Shown here piece by piece: positions 8,007 through 18,879 of a DNA stretch of 64,000 nt. Positions within the stretch are counted from its first letter, which is position 1, and each line of letters opens with the position of its first letter. Source of the DNA: a virus (Duplodnaviria > Caudoviricetes); IMG/VR virus record IMGVR_UViG_3300037484_001420, positions 5,811 through 69,810 of that record. One strand, given 5' to 3'. Made by a program: the position numbers and the translations under genes. The notes below the pieces were generated by a model. The model saw only the letters and a program-made list of their open reading frames with translations. It searched no databases and was not told the DNA's origin.

Positions 8007-9942
8007 AGCCCAGGTTGCGACGTTAGCGGCGGAGGTTGCAGGCCTTCTTCACAAGGAACGGCACATAGAGGCGTCGCGCACTGTTGCGGCGGCGCTGCAA
8101 ATCCCGAAATTCAAAATCAACCCGGGGGACAATCCGAAGAAGTCTCACCCGGTGCTGCTCTCGTTCCTCCACCAGCTAATGGGGCTCGGGATGTTTTCCG
8201 AGGCGGCACAGATGCTTTGGACCCCAAACCAGTTCACGCCGAGTCCTGGAAGTGTTCAAGAGGTGTGGAAGCTGTTCGAGGAGACTGATACGGGGCTGAT
8301 TATGGGCGCCGCGCGCCTCGGAAAAAGCTTTTCGATGGGGGTGCGGCTGTTCCTGGAGTGGGTCCGAGACCCGAAGTGGACGGGCATTCGAGTGCTCGGC
8401 CCCAGCGAGAATCACCTGGAGCAAAACTTATTTTCGCATTTAGTTTCTCTTCACCAGCACGCGACCCTTCCGATGCCGGGCGAAATCGGCGATTTGTTCA
8501 TCGGAATGGACCGGCGCGACCAGCTTTCCTCGATTCGCGGCGTGGTTATTCCGAAGGGAAACACGAAGAAGGCGGGCCGGTTGCAAGGTGGCCATAGACG
8601 GCCGAGACCCCAGGTGCACCCCGTGTTCGGGGAGTTGTCCCGGATGTTCATTTTCATCGACGAAATCGAGAACGTTCCGGATGGCGTCTGGATGGACATT
8701 GACAACGTGCTCTCGGAACTGGACCAAATGCACCATGGCTTTAAGTTGTTTGGCGCTTACAACCCGAGCGACCCGGCGTCGAAGGTCGCGCAGCGAGCAG
8801 AGCCGATTTTCGGCTGGGAGAACCTGGACGAGGATAAACATTTTCGGTGGAAGTCTGTTCGTGGGTGGGACGTTTTGCGGCTGGACGGCGAGCGGTGCGA
8901 GAATGTGGTGCAGAAGCGCGTGATATACGCGGGGCTCCAGACGGTGGAAGGCCTAGAGAAAATTGCGATTAACGCAGGTGGTCGCCAAGCGCCAGGGTAT
9001 CGAACGATGGGGCGCGGGCTCTACCCATTGATTGGGCTGGAGGCTACGGTCATCGCGCCGGGAATGCTGGGGAAGGCGCGCGGGGAATTTGTTTGGTATA
9101 ACGACCCGCTCTCAGTGGGCGCGTGTGACTTGGCGCTGGAAGGTGGGGACGAATGTGTCTACACAATCGGCAAGTGGGGGCTCGCTTCCGGTATCAAATA
9201 TCCGCCCTCGATTGAGTATCCGAACGGCCGCACGGTGATGTTCAAGGACGGCTCCGGGGGTGTGGTTCCGCGTTATGGGCTCTTAGCAGAGCAGCAGTTT
9301 GTCCTCCCAAAGGGGGAGACAGTGGCGATGAAAAATATGGTCTTAGACACAAACCGGAAAGCCGGGGTGATGCCGCTGTATTTTTCCTGCGACCGAACCG
9401 GGCATGGTGCCGGGGTGGCCGACCTGATTCGCTACGAGTGGTCAAGTCTGATTCACGACGTGAATTATTCCGAGGGGGCCGGTGAGGACCGGCTGATGAT
9501 GGAGGACACCAAGACCTGCAAAGAGCAATACGAGCGGATGTATTCGGTGCTCTGGTTTGCGATGCGGACCTGGATGGAGTTTGGCTATCTGCTGATTCAC
9601 CCGCAGTTGGACATGGGCAAACTCTCGCAGCAGCTATGCCAGCGGCGCTTCCGGGTGATTTCCGGCAGGCACAAAGTGGAATCGAAGAAGGACTACAAGG
9701 CGCGCGGCTTCCAATCGCCCGGCGAGGCTGATTCCCTCTCGCTACTCGTGCACGCGGCCCGCAGAGGAAGCGGGGTAACTTTTTCCATGCGCGGGGCGCG
9801 GGTCGACATGCCTGGGACAGAAGAGGATGATTGGACGACCTGGATGTATCCGGGGGGCGTGCGGGTGGACGACACGAATCGAACGCAGCACTTAGACACC
9901 ACGATGTCGGCCATGGAACGGCTCGAACACTCTATCTTATGA
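7993..9942 (+). CDS. terL: Terminase large subunit
   Basis: Walker A-like GAARLGKS, Walker B FIFIDE, RNase H-type nuclease acidic motifs (CDLALEGGD, SCDRTGHG, SPGEADS); lies upstream of the portal. Confidence 0.88.
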   Translation: MDLSKAQVATLAAEVAGLLHKERHIEASRTVAAALQIPKFKINPGDNPKKSHPVLLSFLHQLMGLGMFSEAAQMLWTPNQFTPSPGSVQEVWKLFEETDTGLIMGAARLGKSFSMGVRLFLEWVRDPKWTGIRVLGPSENHLEQNLFSHLVSLHQHATLPMPGEIGDLFIGMDRRDQLSSIRGVVIPKGNTKKAGRLQGGHRRPRPQVHPVFGELSRMFIFIDEIENVPDGVWMDIDNVLSELDQMHHGFKLFGAYNPSDPASKVAQRAEPIFGWENLDEDKHFRWKSVRGWDVLRLDGERCENVVQKRVIYAGLQTVEGLEKIAINAGGRQAPGYRTMGRGLYPLIGLEATVIAPGMLGKARGEFVWYNDPLSVGACDLALEGGDECVYTIGKWGLASGIKYPPSIEYPNGRTVMFKDGSGGVVPRYGLLAEQQFVLPKGETVAMKNMVLDTNRKAGVMPLYFSCDRTGHGAGVADLIRYEWSSLIHDVNYSEGAGEDRLMMEDTKTCKEQYERMYSVLWFAMRTWMEFGYLLIHPQLDMGKLSQQLCQRRFRVISGRHKVESKKDYKARGFQSPGEADSLSLLVHAARRGSGVTFSMRGARVDMPGTEEDDWTTWMYPGGVRVDDTNRTQHLDTTMSAMERLEHSIL

Positions 9943-10508
9943 AGCTCATTAACAAGAATATCTACCCCTCTGGAGGGCACCGGTTCAAAGAATCTGATGG
10001 CGCTTGGGTGCACGGGAGTTCCTGGGCGGGCGTAATCGCTCGGGTGATTGGCTACCGGAAGCGGGCTGGCCTCCCTCCAGGAAATCCGGCGGAGGAGGTT
10101 ATTAACCAAGCGTGTCAGACAAACCCGACTCTCTGCCATGAGGTGGACAACACCACGCAGCGGGCGCGGGTGATTGCTTCCTTAAAAAGTCGGGTGCTTC
10201 GGTGGCTGGCGGAGATGAAGCAAATCGGCGCCGAACGGTTGATTTTCGTGACGAATGAAACTCGGCTGAGCCGGGTGAATGTGTGCGCGGCCTGCCCTCA
10301 AAATCATCCGCTCCCTGGCGGGTGCTCAGCATGTAAAGCGGCTGTCGCGGAGTTGCGAAAGACGATTCTGGGCAAGCGGCCCGTGGATGGGCGTTTAAAC
10401 GCGTGCGCGATTCTGGGGGAAGACTTGAGCTGCGCGGTGAGTTTTGAGCAGGCAGCCGTGGACAACCCGGGGCTGCCTCCGCAATGTTGGCGAAAGAAAA
10501 CGATATGA
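9939..10508 (+). CDS. Cys-rich protein
   Basis: 189 aa from ATG 9939; R..VCAAC..GGCSAC..C...C..CW pattern. Confidence 0.75.
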   Translation: MKLINKNIYPSGGHRFKESDGAWVHGSSWAGVIARVIGYRKRAGLPPGNPAEEVINQACQTNPTLCHEVDNTTQRARVIASLKSRVLRWLAEMKQIGAERLIFVTNETRLSRVNVCAACPQNHPLPGGCSACKAAVAELRKTILGKRPVDGRLNACAILGEDLSCAVSFEQAAVDNPGLPPQCWRKKTI

Positions 10509-10768
10509 TATTCCGATGCTTCAAGAATTTTGTGAAGTCGTTCCTGCGCGTGCAGCGCGCGCGGATGCGCGGCTATGAAGTCCTGGTCGACCCCATGACG
10601 GGCGGAGTTCGATGGCTGACTTGCCAGCACTGCCCTTTTTTTGATGGGGCGCAGTGTGAAGTCTGTTGCTGCATGGCGGAGGCCAAGACGATGATTGCCG
10701 TTGAGTCGTGCCCCAAGGGCTATTGGAAGGCCGTTTGGCGAAAGAAGGTTGACCGTCTGGAGGATTAG
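10505..10768 (+). CDS. Small Cys-rich protein (DUF6171-like)
   Basis: CQHC....CEVCCC...K.....CPKGYW pattern. Confidence 0.7.
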   Translation: MIFRCFKNFVKSFLRVQRARMRGYEVLVDPMTGGVRWLTCQHCPFFDGAQCEVCCCMAEAKTMIAVESCPKGYWKAVWRKKVDRLED

Positions 10769-10777
10769 CGCGACTCC
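10749..10777 (+). promoter_or_regulatory. Promoter TTGACC-N17-GACTCC
   Basis: Family member, 16 nt upstream of the portal ATG. Confidence 0.5.
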
Positions 10778-10793
10778 TGATTGTTGCAGAGAT

Positions 10794-12872
10794 ATGCCGA
10801 CCGATAACCTTAGTTTGCTTGGTTCCCGTGGTGATTCCCCGACGGGCCTTATTCAGAGCCCGCTGGTGAACGCGCAGGGGAAACCGACTCAGCGGTCGAT
10901 TAATAGCATCGAGCAGGCGCGCGAAGTTACCAAGACCATAACCGAGGCGAACCGGCGGCGGCAGACTATCAATTCGCGAATCCTTGCGAAGTATAATGCG
11001 GAGAGACCTTATGATTCTGTAAAGCTGGAGAACGAGGGGCTGGGGTGGCGCCAGAATTTCACGACCAAGCCCTTGCCCACGATGATTGAGAAGGTCGGCC
11101 CCCGGCTGGTCGCGGTGATTGACGGGCTGAAATATTTTACCAATTCTTCTTTGTCGAATAAGTGGGAGAACAGTCGACAGAAGACAGAGACGTTCCGCGA
11201 GAAAATCACGAAGCTGATTCGCGCGCGCAAGGGTTGGAAAACTTTACTGGAGGACATCTCATTTGAGAACGCGCTTTTTGGCCACTGCATTGTTGCTTGT
11301 CTGGATGAATTTACTTGGTTCCCCAAGGCGTTCAAGCAGGACGAGTCAGCGGTCTCTGACGGAACGAAGGCCGAGCCTCGTCTGGCACAAGCTGTCGTGC
11401 TCAAGGAAGTTTATCTCCCTCACGAACTTTACGCACAGATTAAAGATAGGTCAGCCGCCGAAGAGGCAGGCTATAACATCCCGAACACCATCGAGCTTAT
11501 CAACACTGCTTCGCCTTCACAGCTTCGCGACCAATTGAACCAGGGCGGCACGGTTGAGTCGTGGTATCAGAATGCTGAGCGCGAGTTGAATTTGGGCGCG
11601 AGCTACGCAAACGGGATTTCGGTCATCGCGGTTTATTCGCTGCTCGTCCAGGAAGTGACCGGCAAGGTTTCGCACTATCGGATGGGCGGACCTGGGATGC
11701 TTGAGGTGCAGTCGAAGGACGACCGCTTCCCGAACACCGAAAGCATGCTGGCATTTTTCACCTACCAGCGCGGGAACGGAACGCTTCACGGGTCGAAAGG
11801 AATCGGGCGGGACATCTACGAATTAGCGGGCATGATGGACCGGACGCGGAACGAGGTTGTAGACCGGCTCATCATGTCCGGCAAAACTTTAATCCAGGGC
11901 GACATCCGCCGGGTGCATACTTTCCGGATGGCGGTCGTGGGCACCAACGCAATCATCCCGAACGGCTGGCAAGTTTTGGAGCAGCGCATCGACGGCGACG
12001 TTGAGCCTTTTCTAAAGCTCGATATGTTTTTCGGTCAGCTTGTCAACGAGTTGATTGGCTCAGTTTCACCTCCGCGCGTGGACGTGGGCGAGGGTATGCG
12101 TTCACCGGCCGCTTGGAATTTGCTGGCGATGCGGGAAGAGGAAGGGAAGGACGTCAAAGTTGCTCGCTTCCTGGAGCAGTTCGCGCAGATGATTCAGATG
12201 ATGCAGATTCGGATTTGCGACCCGGAGACGGTTGAAAAAGATGCGAAGGAATTTCAACGCGAGATGCAGGAAACGATGACGCGCGAGGAGTTGGACGAAC
12301 TTGCGAGCGACCCCGTGGCCAGCACTGTGAGCGATTTAACGCCGCTGGAGCGACAGATGGTGGTTGCCCTCGCGCAGGAGAAGCGCGGCAACCCGCTTTA
12401 CAACCAGCGGCAGCTTGAGGTGGAAGACCTGAGCGCTCGCATGGATAGCGAATTTTCTCAGCGCGTGCTGTTGCCGGACTCTGACCCGACTGAAGAGGCG
12501 GAGCAGAACCGGATGCAGAATCTTGAAATCACTTTGCTGTCTCACGGGCAGCCGGTGCCGGTGAGCCCGCGCGACAATCATCTGATTCACCTTAGTGTGC
12601 TGATGCCTGTCGCTCAGCAGATGGCGGCGAACCTTGCGACCGGCCAGTTTGATACGGAGACTTTGGAAGCGATGCTTGCGCACTTGCAGGAGCATTACAA
12701 CATGGCGCTCAATCAAGGCGTGAAGCCGGAGACATTGGCGGAGGCCGGGCGACTGGTAAAACAGATTGGCCCCGCGATAGCGGAGCTGAAGCAGCTTGAC
12801 CAGCAGGCGGCGCAGATGCAGCAAATGGGCCAAGAGCAGCAGATGGGCCAAGAACAGGAAATGACAATGTAA
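10794..12872 (+). CDS. Portal protein
   Basis: 692 aa from ATG 10794; lies after terL and before the scaffold; helical, with a Q/M-rich C-terminal tail typical of podoviral portals. Confidence 0.78.
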   Translation: MPTDNLSLLGSRGDSPTGLIQSPLVNAQGKPTQRSINSIEQAREVTKTITEANRRRQTINSRILAKYNAERPYDSVKLENEGLGWRQNFTTKPLPTMIEKVGPRLVAVIDGLKYFTNSSLSNKWENSRQKTETFREKITKLIRARKGWKTLLEDISFENALFGHCIVACLDEFTWFPKAFKQDESAVSDGTKAEPRLAQAVVLKEVYLPHELYAQIKDRSAAEEAGYNIPNTIELINTASPSQLRDQLNQGGTVESWYQNAERELNLGASYANGISVIAVYSLLVQEVTGKVSHYRMGGPGMLEVQSKDDRFPNTESMLAFFTYQRGNGTLHGSKGIGRDIYELAGMMDRTRNEVVDRLIMSGKTLIQGDIRRVHTFRMAVVGTNAIIPNGWQVLEQRIDGDVEPFLKLDMFFGQLVNELIGSVSPPRVDVGEGMRSPAAWNLLAMREEEGKDVKVARFLEQFAQMIQMMQIRICDPETVEKDAKEFQREMQETMTREELDELASDPVASTVSDLTPLERQMVVALAQEKRGNPLYNQRQLEVEDLSARMDSEFSQRVLLPDSDPTEEAEQNRMQNLEITLLSHGQPVPVSPRDNHLIHLSVLMPVAQQMAANLATGQFDTETLEAMLAHLQEHYNMALNQGVKPETLAEAGRLVKQIGPAIAELKQLDQQAAQMQQMGQEQQMGQEQEMTM

Positions 12873-12901
12873 CGTGGTGGTGTTCCCCCACTAGACCCCG
12901 A

Positions 12902-13231
12902 ATGATTAATACAATCGTAAGTTCGCCGGACGAGTGGACGTCCATAGACGCCGAAAAACTGGCGTCGTTTTTAGGCTCAGAGACCGGCCGCAGGTTGCTG
13001 GTAAAACTGGCCGACCAGATTCCGCAATTGCACGAGGCGGGCCACGTCAATAAGATTTTGATTCGGTCCGGCGAGGTGCGCGGGCAGACGGCCCTTATCC
13101 AGTTTTTTCAATCGTTGGCGCATCCTTCTGTTCCGCTGGAGGCGCCAGTTGGAAATTATCCTCCGTTGGAATTGGATTCCGCGTGGGACGTGCCCGCAAC
13201 GGCGGAACCTAAATCAGCCCCGAAAGAATAG
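12902..13231 (+). CDS. Head-region hypothetical protein
   Basis: 109 aa between portal and scaffold. Confidence 0.7.
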   Translation: MINTIVSSPDEWTSIDAEKLASFLGSETGRRLLVKLADQIPQLHEAGHVNKILIRSGEVRGQTALIQFFQSLAHPSVPLEAPVGNYPPLELDSAWDVPATAEPKSAPKE

Positions 13232-13233
13232 TT

Positions 13234-14592
13234 ATGCCAGACAACATTAATCCATTGGTTGGAAAACAGCCCGGCGAGGGTGCCGCTGCTGCGCACAATG
13301 CCGAGGTTGCCGCGAAGTTGGCGGACCAGGACACTTCGAACCGGCCCTCTTCACCGGAGGACATTTCGAACACCTCGGCCGCGCTCGACGCGCTAGCCGC
13401 GAAGGTGGTGCCGAAGCCGGACCCGGAGCCGAAACCGGATGCTGCTAGAGTGGAGCCGAAACCGGATGCGGCCAGGACCGAGCCAAAGCCGGATTCTACG
13501 CCCGTTAAGGTGGAGCCGAAGCCGGACGCCAACACCCCGGACCCGGCGCAGAAGCGAGCAGAGGAGATTTTCAAAGACACTCCGGGGCTGCCTCCGGGTG
13601 CGAGCCCGAAATCTTCGGAAGCTTTTGCCACGGTGAAAATCAAGGCCGCGCAGGAGATTACCGCGAGGGACCAGGAGATTGAGAAGCTGAAGGCGCAGGT
13701 TGGCGAGTTGGAAAAAACGAAAGGCAAGCCGACCCCGGAGCAGCAACAGGCCGAGAAGGAACTGGCCGAGCTTCGCGAGTGGCGCGCAAAACTGGACGTC
13801 GACTACGACCCGAAGTTTAAGGAGCACGACAAGGGCATTACGGCCGCGCGGGATTTTGTCTACGCACAGTTGCAGAAGCACCCCGGGATTGTGACGCCGG
13901 AGGTAATCGCCGAAATCAAGAAATTCGGCGGGCCGGACAAGACCATCCTTACGAAGCTCTTCGAGGCAATCAATGACCCGGTGACGCAACGGTTGGTAGA
14001 GTCCAAGTTGGCGGACATCGAGATGATGAAGTATCAGAAGGACCAAGCGATTGCGCAGGCCAAGACCAACATCGGGGAGTGGACTAAATCCCGCCAAGAG
14101 GAGTGGCAGAAGGCGGCGACGGAGCACACCCGCACAACGCAGTCGAGTCTGGACCCGATGCTGGGAGCCCTGGAGTGGTTCAAGGACAAGACTCCTGCCG
14201 CTGACGCGGACGAGGCTGCGAAGAAGAATGTGGAAGAGCACAATAAATTTGTGGGCGAGCTTCGCGGTCAAATTGGGGATGTGATTAAGGACGACTCCCC
14301 GCAGATGCGCGCCATCCTCATCGCGGGCATGGCCCAGCTTTTCAATCTTCAGCGCGTGCACGCCAGCACGAAAGCGGAAGCGGAGACACTGAAAAAAGAC
14401 CTAACCGCAGTCACGGAAAAATACGACCGATTGAAGGGTGCGAGTGTTAGCCGCCTCCGTGAATCCGGCGCGCCTGCCTCGGGGAGCACTCCAGCAGCGA
14501 AGCCGACAACGTTGAATACGAACACGGGCGACGCTCTGGATTCTATCGCTCGTCAGGTAATGGAACAAAGGGCGGCTGCTGGTAAAGCATGA
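13234..14592 (+). CDS. Capsid scaffolding protein
   Basis: 452 aa; disordered N-terminus with EPKPD repeats, long coiled coil, short C-terminal helix; head-module position. Confidence 0.7.
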   Translation: MPDNINPLVGKQPGEGAAAAHNAEVAAKLADQDTSNRPSSPEDISNTSAALDALAAKVVPKPDPEPKPDAARVEPKPDAARTEPKPDSTPVKVEPKPDANTPDPAQKRAEEIFKDTPGLPPGASPKSSEAFATVKIKAAQEITARDQEIEKLKAQVGELEKTKGKPTPEQQQAEKELAELREWRAKLDVDYDPKFKEHDKGITAARDFVYAQLQKHPGIVTPEVIAEIKKFGGPDKTILTKLFEAINDPVTQRLVESKLADIEMMKYQKDQAIAQAKTNIGEWTKSRQEEWQKAATEHTRTTQSSLDPMLGALEWFKDKTPAADADEAAKKNVEEHNKFVGELRGQIGDVIKDDSPQMRAILIAGMAQLFNLQRVHASTKAEAETLKKDLTAVTEKYDRLKGASVSRLRESGAPASGSTPAAKPTTLNTNTGDALDSIARQVMEQRAAAGKA

Positions 14593-15479
14593 GCGAGGAC
14601 GGCCGAGTAGCTTCAGGACCGGAGGCGCCCATAGTGGTGCCCCGGTCGAATACTTTTCAGCCGCATGACGGCGGGAAGGTGCTGATAATGCTACCCTGGC
14701 AAAAGCAGGTCTCGCCGTTGACGTCGCTTTGCATCTCGCAGTTGATTGACCGTAGAAAGACCGCGACGGCGCTACACCATGGCGACGCGTTTGTGGTGCA
14801 CTCGCGCAACTCGTGCGCGGATTCGTTCCTGGCATCTAAATGCGAGTGGGCGCTAAGCGTGGACGACGACATGGTAATTCCGTTCGGCCACGAGGAGTGG
14901 TATCGCACGACCACGGGTTTCGATTTTCCCAGTCAGTTCATGGCGCTGAATGCACTGGACCGATTGCTGAGCCACAAGAAAACTTTGGTGGGCGGGTTGT
15001 ATTACGGACGGCAGCCCAAAGGCGTCCCCATGTATGGTGAGGGCAACCAGCCGCACGAAGCCGCCTATGCGCGAAGAGGGCCTTATGATTTGATTAAGCC
15101 TACGCGATGGGTGGCTACGGGCTGTTTGCTTGTGCATCGAACCGTTTACGAGGACATCGAGAAGCGCTTTCCGCAGTTGGCGCGAAGGAAGGACGGAAAG
15201 GGCGGGCAGTGGTTTACGTCGACTGAGGCGAGCCTATCGACGCAGGTGCAAGCGGTCGCCCAATTTTTGCGGGATGGCGGCGCGCCGATGAACGCGGCCG
15301 ACCGGCTCGATACAGCTTTGGCAGTCGCGAAATACGAGAACCCGCTTTCGACGGGGGAAGACGTAAGTTTTTGCTTGCGCGCGAAGGCAGCCGGGCATCA
15401 GCCGTATGTGGACCTGGGGCTGGTGTGTGGGCACATTGGGACCTGCGTTTATGGCCCGCGCAACACAGGACAACTATGA
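14589..15479 (+). CDS. Glycosyltransferase, GT-A (GT2-like)
   Basis: SRN..ADSFL, WALSVDDDM (DxD), VGGLY, ATGCLLVHR, GEDVSFC, CGHIG motifs. Confidence 0.85.
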   Translation: MSEDGRVASGPEAPIVVPRSNTFQPHDGGKVLIMLPWQKQVSPLTSLCISQLIDRRKTATALHHGDAFVVHSRNSCADSFLASKCEWALSVDDDMVIPFGHEEWYRTTTGFDFPSQFMALNALDRLLSHKKTLVGGLYYGRQPKGVPMYGEGNQPHEAAYARRGPYDLIKPTRWVATGCLLVHRTVYEDIEKRFPQLARRKDGKGGQWFTSTEASLSTQVQAVAQFLRDGGAPMNAADRLDTALAVAKYENPLSTGEDVSFCLRAKAAGHQPYVDLGLVCGHIGTCVYGPRNTGQL

Positions 15480-16306
15480 AAACTGGCCGGGCTTGGGAAG
15501 CGGTATTGGCGGAGCGGGCTTGTGCGAAAGGCCAGAAGCGCGCGGGATACACGCCGGGCTCGAATCGACTGCTTATCGCGTTGACCTACTGGAGCGGCGA
15601 CGCTGGCGCGGTGATGCGCCTAGCAAAGTTTCTTGCCGACCTGGAGCCGCAGCACACCGAGCGCGCGGATTTGCTATTTTCCCATCGGTTCGATTGCTCG
15701 CCTCCTCCGGGACCCGTGGTAAAATACGTTTCCCGCAAGTTTAACACCTTCATTCATAAATCTGACAAGTGCCCGGTTGGATGGCCGCAGGGGTGCAATG
15801 GGACTTGGGCGTCAACGATGCGCTGGGTAACTAAGAGCATCGAGTCCAAAGCATGTCCGGCGTATAAGGCGGTGTTTTGCTGTGAGGGTGACGGGGGGCC
15901 TTGTGTCCAAAATTGGGTTGAGGAAATGTCGACGGAATGGGACAAAGCGGACGCGAAGAAGCCGACCTATCAGGCCGGGCCTCTCGTGCAGCTTCCCGCG
16001 ACGCATATCAACGGCAACTGTTTGCTGTCGTGTGACCCGGCGTTCCTGGCGTGGGTGAATAACACCTCGGCTCGTTTGCATATGACCGGCGGGTGGGATT
16101 ACGTGCTTGCTCAGCAGTTCAGAAAGTGGGGCTGGGCGAACATCGACCGAATGCGGAGCTACTACAACTCGGCGCATTTCACCGTTGAACAATATATGCA
16201 GATGCGGACCGAGCGCCTTATCTGGCTGCACGGCGATAAAAGTGGATGTCTCGTTGACTACGGTCGCACCTGGATGCTGGAAGGACAAAGTGGACTTAAA
16301 TCGTAA
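15476..16306 (+). CDS. Putative glycosyltransferase-like protein
   Basis: 276 aa from ATG 15476; GWPQGCN, FCCEGDG (DxD-like), HINGNCL; context between a GT2 gene and fcl. Confidence 0.55.
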   Translation: MKTGRAWEAVLAERACAKGQKRAGYTPGSNRLLIALTYWSGDAGAVMRLAKFLADLEPQHTERADLLFSHRFDCSPPPGPVVKYVSRKFNTFIHKSDKCPVGWPQGCNGTWASTMRWVTKSIESKACPAYKAVFCCEGDGGPCVQNWVEEMSTEWDKADAKKPTYQAGPLVQLPATHINGNCLLSCDPAFLAWVNNTSARLHMTGGWDYVLAQQFRKWGWANIDRMRSYYNSAHFTVEQYMQMRTERLIWLHGDKSGCLVDYGRTWMLEGQSGLKS

Positions 16307-17219
16307 AATTTTAGTTACTGGAAGCGCGGGCTTGGTGGGCCGCGCGATTGTGCGGGAGCTTTACAGACGCGGCTTCGAGCAAATCGTGACGACGTCCAGC
16401 ACCGTGTATGACCTGCGGGACCAGTATCACACGGACCGGCTTTTTCGGGAGCACCGGCCGGATTACGTGTTTCACTGCGCCGCGAAGGTCGGCGGGATTG
16501 TGGGGCACCTGCATCAGGCGATTGATATGTTTCGGGATAATATCCTGATGGAGTTGAACGTCATCACGAACGCCCACAAGTGGGGGGTGGAAAAGCTGCT
16601 CTTTCTCGGCAGCGCGTGCGCGTATCCGAAGCACGCGGCGACTCCAGTGAAAGAAGAGTCTTTGCTGACGGGAGCGCTGGAGCCCTCGAACGAACTTTAC
16701 GCCCTCGCGAAGATTAGTGGCATCAAGTTATGCGATGCGTTTCGGACGGCGTTCAATTCAAATTTTATCTCGACGATGCCCACGAATATGTATGGGCCTG
16801 GGGACAACTACCATCCTCGGTTCTCGCACGTGATACCGGGCATGATTCGAAAGTTCCATGAGGCGTTTGTCGCGGGGGATGAGAGTGTAGTTTTATGGGG
16901 GACCGGCAAACCGATTCGGGACTTTCTCTACAGCGATGACGCCGCGAGCGCCTTTGTCACGCTGATGGAGCGCTGGAACCAGCCCGGCCCGGTGAACGTG
17001 TGTAGCGGTGCCCCCGTGGAACTGTGGCAACTCGCCGACGCGATTCGCGAGGTTACTTTTTTCAAGGGAGAGATTATTTGGGACTCCGCGTATCCGGACG
17101 GCACGCCGGACCGAACGATGGACGCGAGTAAGATTAAGGGGCTAGGGTGGGAACCCAAAGTTCCGCTTGCAACCGGCCTTGAAATCGCGTATGCGGATTT
17201 TCTTCGACGTTGCTTATGA
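16290..17219 (+). CDS. fcl: GDP-L-fucose synthase
   Basis: GTG start; [69 protein letters not shown]. Confidence 0.93.
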   Translation: MDLNRKILVTGSAGLVGRAIVRELYRRGFEQIVTTSSTVYDLRDQYHTDRLFREHRPDYVFHCAAKVGGIVGHLHQAIDMFRDNILMELNVITNAHKWGVEKLLFLGSACAYPKHAATPVKEESLLTGALEPSNELYALAKISGIKLCDAFRTAFNSNFISTMPTNMYGPGDNYHPRFSHVIPGMIRKFHEAFVAGDESVVLWGTGKPIRDFLYSDDAASAFVTLMERWNQPGPVNVCSGAPVELWQLADAIREVTFFKGEIIWDSAYPDGTPDRTMDASKIKGLGWEPKVPLATGLEIAYADFLRRCL

Positions 17220-18175
17220 AAACAGCGCTAATCACAGGAATCACGGGGCAGGACGGTGCTTACTTAGCGCGGCTGCTTCTGGAGAAAGACTACCGAGTCT
17301 TCGGTGTGGTCCGAAGGGCGAGCACCCCGAACACGGAGCGTATTCAGGAGTTGGTCGACGGAGAAAAAATCCATCTTCGCTACGCGGATTTGACAGACGA
17401 GTCCTCGTTGATTCGGGTGTTGAACGAGGCGCTGCCGGATGAGGTTTACAACCTGGGCGCGCAGAGCCACGTTCGAATTAGCTTCGACATCCCGGTTTAC
17501 ACGGCGCAGGCGACGGGGATGTCGTCTCTGACGCTTCTGGAAGCTATTCGAAATTCTAATTGTCTGCCACGCTTCTATCAAGCAAGTTCGTCAGAAATGT
17601 TCGGAAGCGCGCCTCCGCCACAGAGCGAGAAAACTTTGTTCCAGCCGCGAAGCCCTTACGCGTGCGCGAAGGTGTTTGCCTACTACACGACAATAAACTA
17701 TCGCGAGGCTTACGGCATGCACGCCAGCAACGGCATACTCTACAACCATGAGTCGCCGATTCGCGGTTTGAACTTTGTGACGCGCAAAATAACGCTCGCG
17801 ATTGCGAACATTCTGAAGGGGCTTCAGAGTTGCGTGAGCCTTGGCAACCTGGAGGCGAAGCGGGACTGGGGCCACGCGCGCGATTACGTTGACGCGATGT
17901 GGCGGATGCTTCAGCAGGACAAGCCGGATGACTATGTGATTGCTACCGGCGAGATGCACTCCGTTCGGGAGTTTGCGGAGGAAGCTTTTTCTTGCGCTGG
18001 GCTTGATTGGAAGGATTTCGTGCGAATTGATTCAAGATTTTTCCGGCCTTCTGAGGTGGATGCGCTTCAGGGCGACGCTTCGAAGGCGGCGGAGAAGCTG
18101 GGGTGGAAACCGAAAACCACGTTTAAACAGCTAGTGAGGGAGATGGTCGACGCGGACATAGCGGGGGTCAAATGA
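17216..18175 (+). CDS. gmd: GDP-mannose 4,6-dehydratase
   Basis: [81 protein letters not shown]. Confidence 0.97.
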   Translation: MKTALITGITGQDGAYLARLLLEKDYRVFGVVRRASTPNTERIQELVDGEKIHLRYADLTDESSLIRVLNEALPDEVYNLGAQSHVRISFDIPVYTAQATGMSSLTLLEAIRNSNCLPRFYQASSSEMFGSAPPPQSEKTLFQPRSPYACAKVFAYYTTINYREAYGMHASNGILYNHESPIRGLNFVTRKITLAIANILKGLQSCVSLGNLEAKRDWGHARDYVDAMWRMLQQDKPDDYVIATGEMHSVREFAEEAFSCAGLDWKDFVRIDSRFFRPSEVDALQGDASKAAEKLGWKPKTTFKQLVREMVDADIAGVK

Positions 18176-18879
18176 ATAATCGGAGGACGCTGGTTTCAGT
18201 TCACGGATACAATGGCGACGCGGGGCAGGTGAAAAATCTGCTTCCATACTACTTGCACCATGGGTGCCCGGTGGTGATTATGTCGCCGATTGATTCGCCG
18301 ATTACCTCGGCGGATTTGAACAACCACCAAGGGTTGATTTACCGATTCTCTGGGCAGCGGGCGTATATCGGGGACTTGTCGATGGAGCGCCAGAAGCAGC
18401 ACATGAAAGTGCTCCTGGAATTCAAATACGACTGGTATCTGATGAACGACTCCGATTCGTTCGTGCTTTCGCCGAAACTGCCGGAGTCTTGGTTTGAGCC
18501 CGACGTGTTTTGGTCGCATGAGGCTTCCGACACCTGTCACACTCGCCCGGCCGATTGGCCGTATTGGCGCCTCGCATTTCAGCCGCCTTATTTTTGTTCC
18601 CGTCGCACGCTGGAGCAGATGGTTGCCGCTACCGCGCTGGTGACTTACGAGTCCATCGACATGAAGTTTATCGACCACTATCTGATGCGGCTGGCCCACG
18701 CAGGGAAAATCGGTCATCGCACTTTCCCGCGTGGGTGTAGCTGTCCGACTAATCACGCGGAAGGAAAGATGCACATGACCGACCAGATTAATCACGGCGG
18801 CGTCACGCTGCATTCGATTAAGACGCAGGAAGCGATTGACCTTGCGTTGGACGCCTACCGAAAAAAGACGCGCGCATGA
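18172..18879 (+). CDS. Putative glycosyltransferase-like protein
   Basis: 235 aa; [11 protein letters not shown] DxD-like motif, C-terminal HSIK; coupled to gmd. Confidence 0.55.
   Translation: MNNRRTLVSVHGYNGDAGQVKNLLPYYLHHGCPVVIMSPIDSPITSADLNNHQGLIYRFSGQRAYIGDLSMERQKQHMKVLLEFKYDWYLMNDSDSFVLSPKLPESWFEPDVFWSHEASDTCHTRPADWPYWRLAFQPPYFCSRRTLEQMVAATALVTYESIDMKFIDHYLMRLAHAGKIGHRTFPRGCSCPTNHAEGKMHMTDQINHGGVTLHSIKTQEAIDLALDAYRKKTRA

Noticed and set aside
13414-13530. EPKPD tandem repeats in the scaffold gene
   Set aside because: An ordinary low-complexity linker. The same applies to MGQEQ in the portal tail and the 15-bp ETAAG duplication near 62000.
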